32,000 nucleotides of DNA, from positions 1 through 32,000 of the forward strand of contig NZ_OZ060386.1 in NCBI RefSeq assembly GCF_964059055.1, in the 5' to 3' direction. Origin of the DNA: Buchnera aphidicola (Neophyllaphis podocarpi). Its GTDB lineage: Bacteria > Pseudomonadota > Gammaproteobacteria > Enterobacterales > Enterobacteriaceae. How positions within the stretch are numbered: position 1 is the first letter of the stretch; each line of letters starts with the position of its first letter. A program made the position numbers and the translations under genes. Below the pieces are notes generated by a model. That model had not been told where the DNA came from and did not search any database. It saw only the letters and a program-made list of their open reading frames with translations. Shown here piece by piece: positions 14,941-24,195 of the stretch.

Positions 14941-16550
14941 TGGGTTTAAGAAGAAATTTTTTAATATTAATTTTTTTTATATTTTCTTTTTTTATCTGGC
15001 AAAATTGGTATTTAAATAAAGACACTAATTTAGTTAAAAATGAAAATAATATAATAAATAAAGATTTAGATGTATTTAATTATCAAAATTTTATTCATGT
15101 AAAAACTGATGTGTTAGATGTGTTTATTAATAAAAATAATGGAGATATAGAAAAAGTTTCTTTATTAAAATATAATGAATCTTTAAACTCCAATAAACCT
15201 TTTACTTTATTAAAAAATTTTGATTATTTTACATATATAGCTCATAGTGGAATATCTTTTTTTGATAAAAATTCGTTATTATTTAATAGTCTGCTTCCAT
15301 CAGATAATAAGTCAAACAATTTTAATTATTTAATAAATGCTAAGGATGATAAGTTACAAGTACCAATTAGTTGGAAATCTATAGATGGAAATATTATATA
15401 TAATAAAATTTATGTTTTTAAAAAAGGATCTTATGATATAAGTGTTGAACATCATATTTTGAATAATTCTAATAAAAATTTAGAATTTTCTATTTTTGGT
15501 GAATTAAAACAAAGTATTAATTTACCAAAAAATAGTCTAGATTTTAAAAATAAAAATTTAACTATTAGTTCTTTTCGTGGTGCTGCTTATTCTAGTGATA
15601 CTAACAAATACACTAAATATAAGTTTGATAAAATTGAAAATAATCATAATTTGAATATTATTACAAAAAGTGGATGGATAGCAATGTTAGAAAGATATTT
15701 TGTTTCTGCTTGGATTCCTGATACATCATTAATTAATAATTTTTATACTTTTAAGGATAATAAAGATATTGCTGTTATAGGATATAAGTCAGATAAAATA
15801 ATTTTAAAATCTAAAAAAAATTATTTTTCTCAATCAATTTTATGGGTAGGACCAGAAATCCAAAATATAATGTCTACAATATCTCCTTATTTAGATTTAA
15901 CTGTAGATTACGGTTTTTTGTGGTTTTTATCTCAGCCTCTTTTTAAAGTTCTTAGTTTTTTATATAGTTTATTAGGAAATTGGGGATGGTCTATAATAGC
16001 AATTACTTTTATTATGAAAGCTATTATGTATCCTTTAACTAAATCTCAATACGTATCTATGGCTAAAATGCGTATTTTACAACCTAAAATAGATTTAATA
16101 AAAAGTAATTTTAAAAATGACCAACAACGTATAAGTAAAGAAATTATGGATTTATATAAGAGAGAAAAACTAAATCCTTTTAGTGGTTGTTTTCCGGTAA
16201 TAATTCAAATGCCAATTTTTTTAGCATTGTATTATATGCTAATGAGTTCTATTGAATTACGTCATGCATATTTTTTATTTTGGATAAAAGATTTATCTTC
16301 TCAAGATCCTTATTTTTTATTACCTGTGTTAATGGGTATTACTATGTTTTTTATTCAAAAAATGTCTCCTAGCTCAGTTACTGATCCTTTACAAAAAAAG
16401 ATAATGAATTTTATGCCTGTTATTTTTACAGTCTTCTTTTTATGGTTTCCTTCTGGTTTAGTTTTATATTATATAACAAGTAATTTAGTTACTATTATAC
16501 AACAAAAATTAATTTTTAAAATTTTAAATAAGAATATTAATCTAAAATAA
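14940..16550 (+). CDS. yidC: Membrane protein insertase YidC
   Basis: 536 aa versus 548 in E. coli. N-terminal TM segment, large periplasmic domain, and a conserved C-terminal core: GNWGWSIIAITFIMKAIMYPLTK.QY.SMAKMR.LQPK, NP..GC.P..IQMPIFLALY. Confidence 0.95.
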   Translation: MGLRRNFLILIFFIFSFFIWQNWYLNKDTNLVKNENNIINKDLDVFNYQNFIHVKTDVLDVFINKNNGDIEKVSLLKYNESLNSNKPFTLLKNFDYFTYIAHSGISFFDKNSLLFNSLLPSDNKSNNFNYLINAKDDKLQVPISWKSIDGNIIYNKIYVFKKGSYDISVEHHILNNSNKNLEFSIFGELKQSINLPKNSLDFKNKNLTISSFRGAAYSSDTNKYTKYKFDKIENNHNLNIITKSGWIAMLERYFVSAWIPDTSLINNFYTFKDNKDIAVIGYKSDKIILKSKKNYFSQSILWVGPEIQNIMSTISPYLDLTVDYGFLWFLSQPLFKVLSFLYSLLGNWGWSIIAITFIMKAIMYPLTKSQYVSMAKMRILQPKIDLIKSNFKNDQQRISKEIMDLYKREKLNPFSGCFPVIIQMPIFLALYYMLMSSIELRHAYFLFWIKDLSSQDPYFLLPVLMGITMFFIQKMSPSSVTDPLQKKIMNFMPVIFTVFFLWFPSGLVLYYITSNLVTIIQQKLIFKILNKNINLK

Positions 16551-16610
16551 TTATTTTTTATTTAATATTATTAAATAAAATTTTAATATTTTATAAGAGA
16601 AAAATTAGTT

Positions 16611-17981
16611 ATGTTTGTTTCAGATATAGATACTATAACTTCCCAAGCAACACCAGTTGGTCAAGGAGGTATAGGTATAATACGTGTTTCTGGCACAAGG
16701 TCTAATATAGTTTCATTAAAAATACTAAAAAAAATACCTAAACCTAGATATGCATCTTTTTTAAATTTTTTTGATATTAATGGTAATATTATAGATAAAG
16801 GAATTGCTTTGTGGTTTCCTTCTCCTAATTCATTTACTGGTGAAGATACATTGGAATTACATGCTCATGGAGGACAGATTGTTTTGGATTTAATTATTAA
16901 AAATATCTTATATATTAAAGGAATTCGTATAGCTAAACCTGGAGAATTTTCAGAAAGAGCTTTTTTAAATGGTAAGATAGATTTGACTCAAGCAGAAGCA
17001 ATTTGTGATTTGATACAAGCAACTTCAGAGCATGCAGTTAGAGCTTCAATTAATTCTTTAAGTGGTGTTTTTTCTAGGAAAGTTAATGATTTATCAAGTA
17101 TAATAACAAAATTAAGAGTTTTTTTAGAGACAGAAATAAATTTTGTTGAAGAATCTGGTAACTTTATTTCACATGATTTTATTACTAATAAACTTAAAAA
17201 TATAATTTATAAAATACAATATATTCAAAACAAATCTAAAATAGGTAGTGTTCTTAAAGAAAGTTTTAAAATAATAATTGTGGGAAAACCAAATTCTGGT
17301 AAATCTAGTCTTTTTAATTCTTTATCTTTGCGTGATTCAGCTATAGTTACAGATATAAAAGGTACTACTAGAGATTTATTACGTGAATTTATCAGTTTGA
17401 AAAATGGTATTTTAGTAGAATTAGTTGATACTGCTGGTTTTCATAATACTTCTAACTATATAGAAAAAATTGGTATAGATCGTACTTGGAAAGAAATTAG
17501 TTCTTCTAATCATATTTTATTTGTCGTAGATAAAAGTTCTAAAGATATAAATGAATTAGAATTATATTCAGATTTTACAAAAAAAATATCTCACAAAGTT
17601 AATGTTACTTTAATCTTAAACAAAATAGATAAAATTAATGAAATACCTAAAATAAAAAAACATAATAATTTTTATTCAATTAGTTTATCAGTTTTAAATA
17701 ATAAAGGGGTTGACATTTTATTAAAACATTTAAATTTTATTACAACAAATAATTGTAGTTTTGAAGGTAGTTTTTTAGCTAGAAGACGTCACTTAGAATC
17801 CATTAAATTAGCATATAATAAAATTTGTAAAGCTTATACTTACTGGAAAAAATACTTTAATTATGAATTGTTAGCTGAAGATTTAATTATTTCTCAAAAA
17901 TTCTTGGACGAAATAACTGGTAAAATTACTTCAGATGATTTGTTAGGTAGAATATTTTCTAAATTTTGTATTGGAAAATAA
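16611..17981 (+). CDS. mnmE: tRNA modification GTPase MnmE (TrmE/ThdF)
   Basis: 456 aa. DTI..QATP.G.GGIGIIR.SG, FTGED.LEL..HGG, G1 motif GKPNSGKSSL, DTAG, and the C-terminal FCIGK signature. Confidence 0.96.
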   Translation: MFVSDIDTITSQATPVGQGGIGIIRVSGTRSNIVSLKILKKIPKPRYASFLNFFDINGNIIDKGIALWFPSPNSFTGEDTLELHAHGGQIVLDLIIKNILYIKGIRIAKPGEFSERAFLNGKIDLTQAEAICDLIQATSEHAVRASINSLSGVFSRKVNDLSSIITKLRVFLETEINFVEESGNFISHDFITNKLKNIIYKIQYIQNKSKIGSVLKESFKIIIVGKPNSGKSSLFNSLSLRDSAIVTDIKGTTRDLLREFISLKNGILVELVDTAGFHNTSNYIEKIGIDRTWKEISSSNHILFVVDKSSKDINELELYSDFTKKISHKVNVTLILNKIDKINEIPKIKKHNNFYSISLSVLNNKGVDILLKHLNFITTNNCSFEGSFLARRRHLESIKLAYNKICKAYTYWKKYFNYELLAEDLIISQKFLDEITGKITSDDLLGRIFSKFCIGK

Positions 17982-18025
17982 TATATTTTATTTTTTTATT
18001 TCTTTTAAATTATTTATAGTTTTGC

Positions 18026-18098
18026 TGCCCGAAGGTGGAATTGAACCACCGACACAGGGATTTTCAGTCCCTTGCTCTACCAACTGAGCTATTCGGGC
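18026..18098 (-). tRNA. pheT-like: tRNA-Phe (anticodon GAA), 73 nt, 3' CCA not genomically encoded
   Basis: The reverse complement folds by hand into a cloverleaf. Acceptor stem GCCCGAA/TTCGGGC, D stem GCTC/GAGC, anticodon stem AGGGA/TCCCT with loop CTGAAAA, variable loop GTGTC, T stem GGTGG/CCACC with loop TTCAATT, discriminator A. The next three bases are GCA, not CCA. Confidence 0.95.
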
Positions 18099-18226
18099 TT
18101 TATGTCATTTTATACAAAGTAATTTTATTAAATTAAACTAATAAAAACTCTATCATATTTATATAAATTGTGTCAATTAAAATTAAAATATAAGTAAATA
18201 ATTTTTTTTTAAAATATTTAATACAA

Positions 18227-18258
18227 CCCTTGAAAGTCTTCATATTTATCCATATATA
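18227..18258 (+). promoter_or_regulatory. Sigma-32 (RpoH) heat-shock-type promoter of groES-groEL
   Basis: CCCTTGAAA (18227-18235), a 14-nt spacer, then CCATATATA (18250-18258). The E. coli sigma-32 consensus is CCCTTGAA - N13-15 - CCCCATNT. It lies about 85 nt upstream of the groES ATG. Confidence 0.65.
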
Positions 18259-18343
18259 TAGAAGTAAGATTCATCTTGTAGAAAAACTTGTGAATCAGTT
18301 TTTAACGATATATCAAAATTTTTACAAGGGGAGATATAATTAA

Positions 18344-18637
18344 ATGAAAATTCGTCCATTACACGATCGTGTAATTGTTAAGCGTAAAGAAGTTGAATCT
18401 AAATCTGCAGGTGGAATTGTATTAACAGGTTCTGCTGCGGGTAAATCTACTAGAGGTAAAGTTGTTGCTGTAGGAAATGGTCGTGTATTAGATAATGGAA
18501 ATATCAAACCATTAGATGTAAAATTAGGAGATACTGTAATTTTTAATGAAGGTTATGGTGCTAAAACTGAAAAAATTGATAATGAAGAAGTATTAATTCT
18601 TACAGAAAGTGATATTTTAGCAATAGTTGAAGAATAA
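18344..18637 (+). CDS. groES: Co-chaperonin GroES
   Basis: 97 aa. [32 protein letters not shown] is almost identical to E. coli GroES. Confidence 0.98.
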   Translation: MKIRPLHDRVIVKRKEVESKSAGGIVLTGSAAGKSTRGKVVAVGNGRVLDNGNIKPLDVKLGDTVIFNEGYGAKTEKIDNEEVLILTESDILAIVEE

Positions 18638-18707
18638 ATAATAGTTATTTTAATTTTTTTAGTAATAATATATTAACAAATTTTATATCAATCAAAAATG
18701 CATTTAA

Positions 18708-20369
<1,662 letters not shown>

Positions 20370-20445
20370 TATTTTATTTTTGTATTCTATATACATAAAT
20401 AATTAATTATTTTTTGTTAAAAATATTTTAAATACAAATTTCTTT

Positions 20446-20496
20446 TGAAGCCACTTTTTTAAAATTTTTAAAATTTTATAAAGTGGCTTCATTTTT
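20446..20496 (+). terminator. Rho-independent terminator downstream of groEL
   Basis: TGAAGCCACTTT (20446-20457) is the exact reverse complement of AAAGTGGCTTCA (20480-20491). The stem is GC-containing, the intervening A/T segment can pair partly, and TTTTT follows at 20492-20496. The epmB stop is at 20503 on the opposite strand. Confidence 0.7.
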
Positions 20497-20502
20497 AGTA
20501 AA

Positions 20503-21546
20503 TTATTTCATATTTAAGTTTATTAATGTTTTACTTTTTCTATTATTTTTTTCTTGAACTAATTTTGGTACTAAAAAACCTGAAATTTGTTCTGTTAGTT
20601 TTTTAATAATTGATATTGCTTCTTTTTTTGAAACAAAAAAGTGAGAAGATCCTGTAACTTTATCTAAAATATGTATATAATAAGGTATTATTTCTGATTC
20701 ATATAGTTTGTTACTTAATTTTTTTAAAATTTGTACATCGTTATTTATTCCATTTAACATTACACTTTGATTTAGTATGTTTATTCCTGTTTTATTTTTT
20801 AAAATACTAATATTTTTTTTAAATTCATTATTAATTTCATTAGGATGATTAATATGTGTAACCATTATAATTTTTAATTTAGTTTTATTGAATATCTCAC
20901 ATAATTCATTTGTAATTCTTGAAGGTATTACTACAGGAAGTCTAGTGTGAATTCTTATTCTTTTTATATGTTTAATTTTTTCTATTTTACTTATAATCCA
21001 CTTTAATTCATGGTCTTTAGCCATTAAAGGATCTCCGCCAGAAAAAATTACTTCTTCAATTTCATGTTTATTTTTTATATAGTTAATTGATTTATTCCAA
21101 TTTTCTTTATTTCCTAAATTATTTTGATATGGAAAATTTTTTCTAAAACAATAACGGCAATTAATAGCACAATTTGTTTTTATTATTAATAATACTCTGT
21201 TATTATATTTATGTAATAACCCTGGTAATTTAATGCTAATATTTTCTTTTATCGGATCATTGCTATAGTTTTTTGAAATTATTTGTTCTTGTTTTTGAAT
21301 TAATACTTGTAAAAGTAAAGGATCTTTAGAATTTCTTTTTTTCATTCTATTAACAAAATTTAAAGGTACTCTAATAGGAAAATTATTTTTTTTTGTATTA
21401 AGATCATTTAATTTTTTTTTATTTTTTTTTAATTCTAAAATTTCAATTAGTTGATCATAGTTGGTAATAACATTTTTTAATTCTTTTAACCAATCTTTTT
21501 TATTAATACTATTTTTCATATTTAATTTATTCAAAATTATTTTCAT
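20503..21546 (-). CDS. epmB: EF-P beta-lysylation protein EpmB (YjeK, lysine 2,3-aminomutase family, radical SAM); start may be the internal ATG at 21519
   Basis: 347 aa versus 342 in E. coli. Radical-SAM CxxxCxxC as CAINCRYCFRKNFPY. Also PGLLHKYNNRVLL, IFSGGDPLMAKDHEL.W, IKRIRIHTRLPVVIP.RIT, NQSV.L.G.ND, PYY.H.LDKV.G..HF. Confidence 0.93.
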   Translation of the reverse strand: MKIILNKLNMKNSINKKDWLKELKNVITNYDQLIEILELKKNKKKLNDLNTKKNNFPIRVPLNFVNRMKKRNSKDPLLLQVLIQKQEQIISKNYSNDPIKENISIKLPGLLHKYNNRVLLIIKTNCAINCRYCFRKNFPYQNNLGNKENWNKSINYIKNKHEIEEVIFSGGDPLMAKDHELKWIISKIEKIKHIKRIRIHTRLPVVIPSRITNELCEIFNKTKLKIIMVTHINHPNEINNEFKKNISILKNKTGINILNQSVMLNGINNDVQILKKLSNKLYESEIIPYYIHILDKVTGSSHFFVSKKEAISIIKKLTEQISGFLVPKLVQEKNNRKSKTLINLNMK

Positions 21547-21574
21547 CTTTTTAATATAAAATATAAAGGTAATT

Positions 21575-22141
21575 ATGACAGTTTATTTTTCTAACGATTT
21601 TTATGTTGGTTTAAAAATCATATTTAATGATAAACCTCATGTTATTGAATATAATCAATTTGTAAAACCAGGAAAAGGTCAAGCTTTTTCTCGAGTTAAA
21701 ATGCGTAATTTGATTACTAAAAAATTAATTGAAAAAACTTTAAAATCTATTGATTCTTTTAAATCTGCTAACATTTTAGATATAACGGTAACCTATTTGT
21801 ATAATAATACCAAAAATTGGTTTTTTTTTAATAAAGAAACGTTCGACCAAATATCTATTGAAAAAGAAATAGTTGGTAAAAGTAAAATTTGGTTAATTAA
21901 ACAAAATGATTGTTGTGTAACTTTATGGAATAATTCGCCCATTTCTATTACTCCTAATAAATTTGTTTATTTAAAAATAGTTAATACAAATTCTGTTTTT
22001 AAAAATAATACTATTAGTTCAAATAGTAAATTAGCTACTTTAAGCAATGGAGTTATAATAAAGGTACCTTCTTTTATTGAAAACGGGCATATTATAAAAG
22101 TTAATACAATTTCGGAGGAATATGTATCGAGGATGAAGTGA
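21575..22141 (+). CDS. efp: Translation elongation factor P
   Basis: 188 aa, the same as E. coli. FVKPGKGQAFSRVKMRNL carries the modified Lys34. The C-terminal EEYVSRMK matches E. coli GEYVSRVK. Confidence 0.96.
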   Translation: MTVYFSNDFYVGLKIIFNDKPHVIEYNQFVKPGKGQAFSRVKMRNLITKKLIEKTLKSIDSFKSANILDITVTYLYNNTKNWFFFNKETFDQISIEKEIVGKSKIWLIKQNDCCVTLWNNSPISITPNKFVYLKIVNTNSVFKNNTISSNSKLATLSNGVIIKVPSFIENGHIIKVNTISEEYVSRMK

Positions 22142-22160
22142 AATAATTTTTTTAAAGACT

Positions 22161-22192
22161 ATATTGAAATATTTTTTATAATATTTCAATAT
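22161..22192. terminator. Weak A/T-rich hairpin between convergent efp and dnaC (13-bp perfect stem, 6-nt loop)
   Basis: ATATTGAAATATT (22161-22173) is the exact reverse complement of AATATTTCAATAT (22180-22192). The right arm overlaps the dnaC stop codon (22186-22188). There is only one G:C pair, so stability is low. Confidence 0.3.
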
Positions 22193-22926
22193 TCATTTCC
22201 TTTTACATTTTTTCTAAAACTTTCCCATTCAAATGTTATCCACAAACTATTTCCTAATCTCATTCTATCTATTACTCTTTCTCCTAATAAAGATTTCATT
22301 CCTTTATAATCTAAATTAGATAGCATTCCTGTAGGTCTTTTGGATGATGATCTTCTATCTACTATTTGGTTTATTATTACTTTTTCGTATCTAGATTCTG
22401 TTTGTATTCCTATTTCATCAATCATTAATAAATCTACATTACTTAAATTATTTAATAAATTTTCTTCTGTAATATTACTATTACCGTTAAATGTTCCTTT
22501 CATATTTGACATTAAATCAGCTACAGTTACAATTAACACATTTTTTCCATTTAAAATTAAGTGATTTCCTATAGCTGATGCTAAATGATTTTTTCCTGTT
22601 CCAGGTCTTCCTGAAAATATAAAGCTAGCTATATTTCCATTAAATTCTTTTGCATATTTTTTAGCTGCTTCCAGAGCTCTTTTCTGTCCTTTATTTTCTA
22701 TTTTGTAATTATCAAATGAACAATTCATATATAATTCTCTAATTCCTGATCTTCCTAATATACTTTGCATTTTCATTGCTTTATTTTCGCGTATCATTGT
22801 TTTTGAATATATTTTTCCTTGTTTTTGATTCCAGCTTAATAATTCTAAATCATTGTTAAATTTTGGTTTTATATGCTTAGGTATTAATTTTTTTAATCTT
22901 TTTAAAATATTTATATTATTTTTCAT
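22186..22926 (-). CDS. dnaC: Replicative helicase loader DnaC
   Basis: 246 aa versus 245 in E. coli, with very high similarity. NIASFIFSGRPGTGKNHLA, DLLMIDEIGIQTES.YEKVIINQIVDRRSSSKRPTGMLSN, LGERV.DRMRLGNSLW. Confidence 0.95.
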   Translation of the reverse strand: MKNNINILKRLKKLIPKHIKPKFNNDLELLSWNQKQGKIYSKTMIRENKAMKMQSILGRSGIRELYMNCSFDNYKIENKGQKRALEAAKKYAKEFNGNIASFIFSGRPGTGKNHLASAIGNHLILNGKNVLIVTVADLMSNMKGTFNGNSNITEENLLNNLSNVDLLMIDEIGIQTESRYEKVIINQIVDRRSSSKRPTGMLSNLDYKGMKSLLGERVIDRMRLGNSLWITFEWESFRKNVKGNEY

Positions 22927-23468
22927 TATTTTCCTCTAAAACCTTCAGGAATATATTGATCTGGTTTTGGAAGTTTATTTATATCTCTTATTTTGTTATT
23001 TGAATAATTTAAATTTCTGCTTTGTTGTAGACTTCTTGCTAGTTTTTGTTGCCACTGAATATGATGAAAAAAACGTTTTTCTGCTTTCCAATATGATATA
23101 AAAAGTGCTAGTTCATTTTTTGTTGCTGTTTTTTTTAATGCTATTCCCCATATTTTTGCTTTTTTTAAAAAGTCTTCATCAGGAATCCATTTATTATGCA
23201 TTAAAAATTTTCCTATATTTATTTTATTATTTATTTTTATTTTATCTGTTTTTTTTGTTATGTATTCATTATTTTTCTTGTTAATTTTATAGAATTCATT
23301 CTTAATAAATATTAATTTATCTAATATTTTAGGAGAAACTACATATATAATAGTTTTTTTCTCTTTCAATATTTCTACTATTCCTTCTTTTGCTAAGTTT
23401 AAGATTTTTGTTGGATTTTTGCAAAATGTTTTTAAATCAGTATTATATTTTAGTGTTTTAGTAGACAT
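22926..23468 (-). CDS. dnaT: Primosomal protein DnaT
   Basis: 180 aa versus 179 in E. coli. The conserved C-terminal block [26 protein letters not shown] matches E. coli [26 protein letters not shown]. It ends IPEGFRGK. Its stop overlaps the dnaC start by 1 nt (TAATG). Confidence 0.88.
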   Translation of the reverse strand: [180 protein letters not shown]

Positions 23469-23532
23469 ATTTTATTCTCCTATTTATAAAATATTTTATT
23501 AATTTTTATATTTTAATTAAATCAATTATTTT

Positions 23533-24086
23533 TTACTTTTTTAAAAAAATACTATAATTGATTGTTCCAGATGTTTTTTTTCTATATAAAAACCAACTAC
23601 TAGGAATTTTTATTTTTGTTTTTTTTTTGTATTCTATATATATATAAGATTTTTTATTTAACCATTCATTTTTTTCTAATAAATAACTTGTTAAATTTAT
23701 TAATTTTTTTTCAAAAGGAGGGTCTATAAATACTATATCATATTTTTCATTTTTTTTTTTAACCATGATATTGTATCTGTATGAATTAATTTAACATTTT
23801 TAATCTTTAATTTTTTTATGTTGTTTTTTATGTTTTCTACTATTTTTTTATTTTTTTCTAAAAATGTAACTGATTTTGCATTTCGAGATATTGCTTCTAT
23901 TCCTAAACTTCCGCTTCCAGCAAAGCAATCTAAACATTTTGAATTTATAATTTTATTATTTAACCAATTAAATACAGTTTCTTTTATTATGTTTTTGGTT
24001 GGTTTAATTTTTTTATTTTCAATTGTTATTATATTTCTATGGCGTAATTTACCGCTAATAATTCTAATTTTTTTTTTAATCATCAT
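23533..24086 (-). pseudogene. rsmD: 16S rRNA (guanine966-N2)-methyltransferase RsmD (YhhF) interrupted by a frameshift in an A11 tract. It is either a pseudogene or a gene needing slippage for full-length product
   Basis: Two adjacent ORFs (24086-23733, 117 aa; 23766-23533, 77 aa) are together colinear with RsmD. The N-terminal part has the SAM-binding LDCFAGSGSLGIEAISR. The C-terminal part begins at the DIVFIDPPF motif. The frames switch inside the A11 run (plus-strand T run 23750-23760). Confidence 0.85.
23750..23760 (-). repeat. 11-nt poly(A) homopolymer (sense strand of rsmD) at the frameshift site
   Basis: The plus strand reads A T(x11) AACCATGA. The sense strand reads TGG TTA AAA AAA AAA ATG AAA AAT ATG ATA TAG (stop). 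With 12 A it would read TGG TTA AAA AAA AAA AAT GAA AAA TAT GAT ATA GTA ..., giving (W L K K K N E K Y D I V F I D P P F). Confidence 0.95.
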
Positions 24087-24195
24087 TTTTATTTTTCTTA
24101 TTCATTTTAGTAATTATGAATATTTTTATTTAGTTAATTTTGTATTTATTTTATAATTATAAAATTAATTATTGTTATTAAGGATTATATTATTT

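Noticed and set aside
16557-16579. 10-bp inverted repeat TTTATTTAAT/ATTAAATAAA with a 3-nt loop after yidC
   Set aside because: The stem is A/T only with a very short loop, so predicted stability is negligible. Such palindromes arise readily by chance in pure A/T spacers.
18268-18296. Small inverted repeat GATTCA...TGAATC in the groES leader, followed by AGTTTTT
   Set aside because: It is only 6 bp, plus one possible G:U pair, with a 17-nt loop. That is too weak to call an attenuator or thermosensor without comparative support.
22340-22564. 74-aa plus-strand ORF antisense to dnaC
   Set aside because: It is a shadow ORF inside a strongly conserved gene.
23818-24156. 112-aa plus-strand ORF antisense to the rsmD N-terminal half
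   Set aside because: It is Phe/Ile/Leu low-complexity sequence antisense to the K/N/I-rich rsmD, so it is a compositional artefact.
24172-24195. Non-ATG upstream extension of ftsY, and likewise 29946-29963 for yigL
   Set aside because: The first internal ATGs (24196 and 29964) give N-termini matching the E. coli proteins (MAKEKKRGFFSWL and MYQVVASDLDGTLL). In addition, 29964 has a GAGGTG SD 9 nt upstream.
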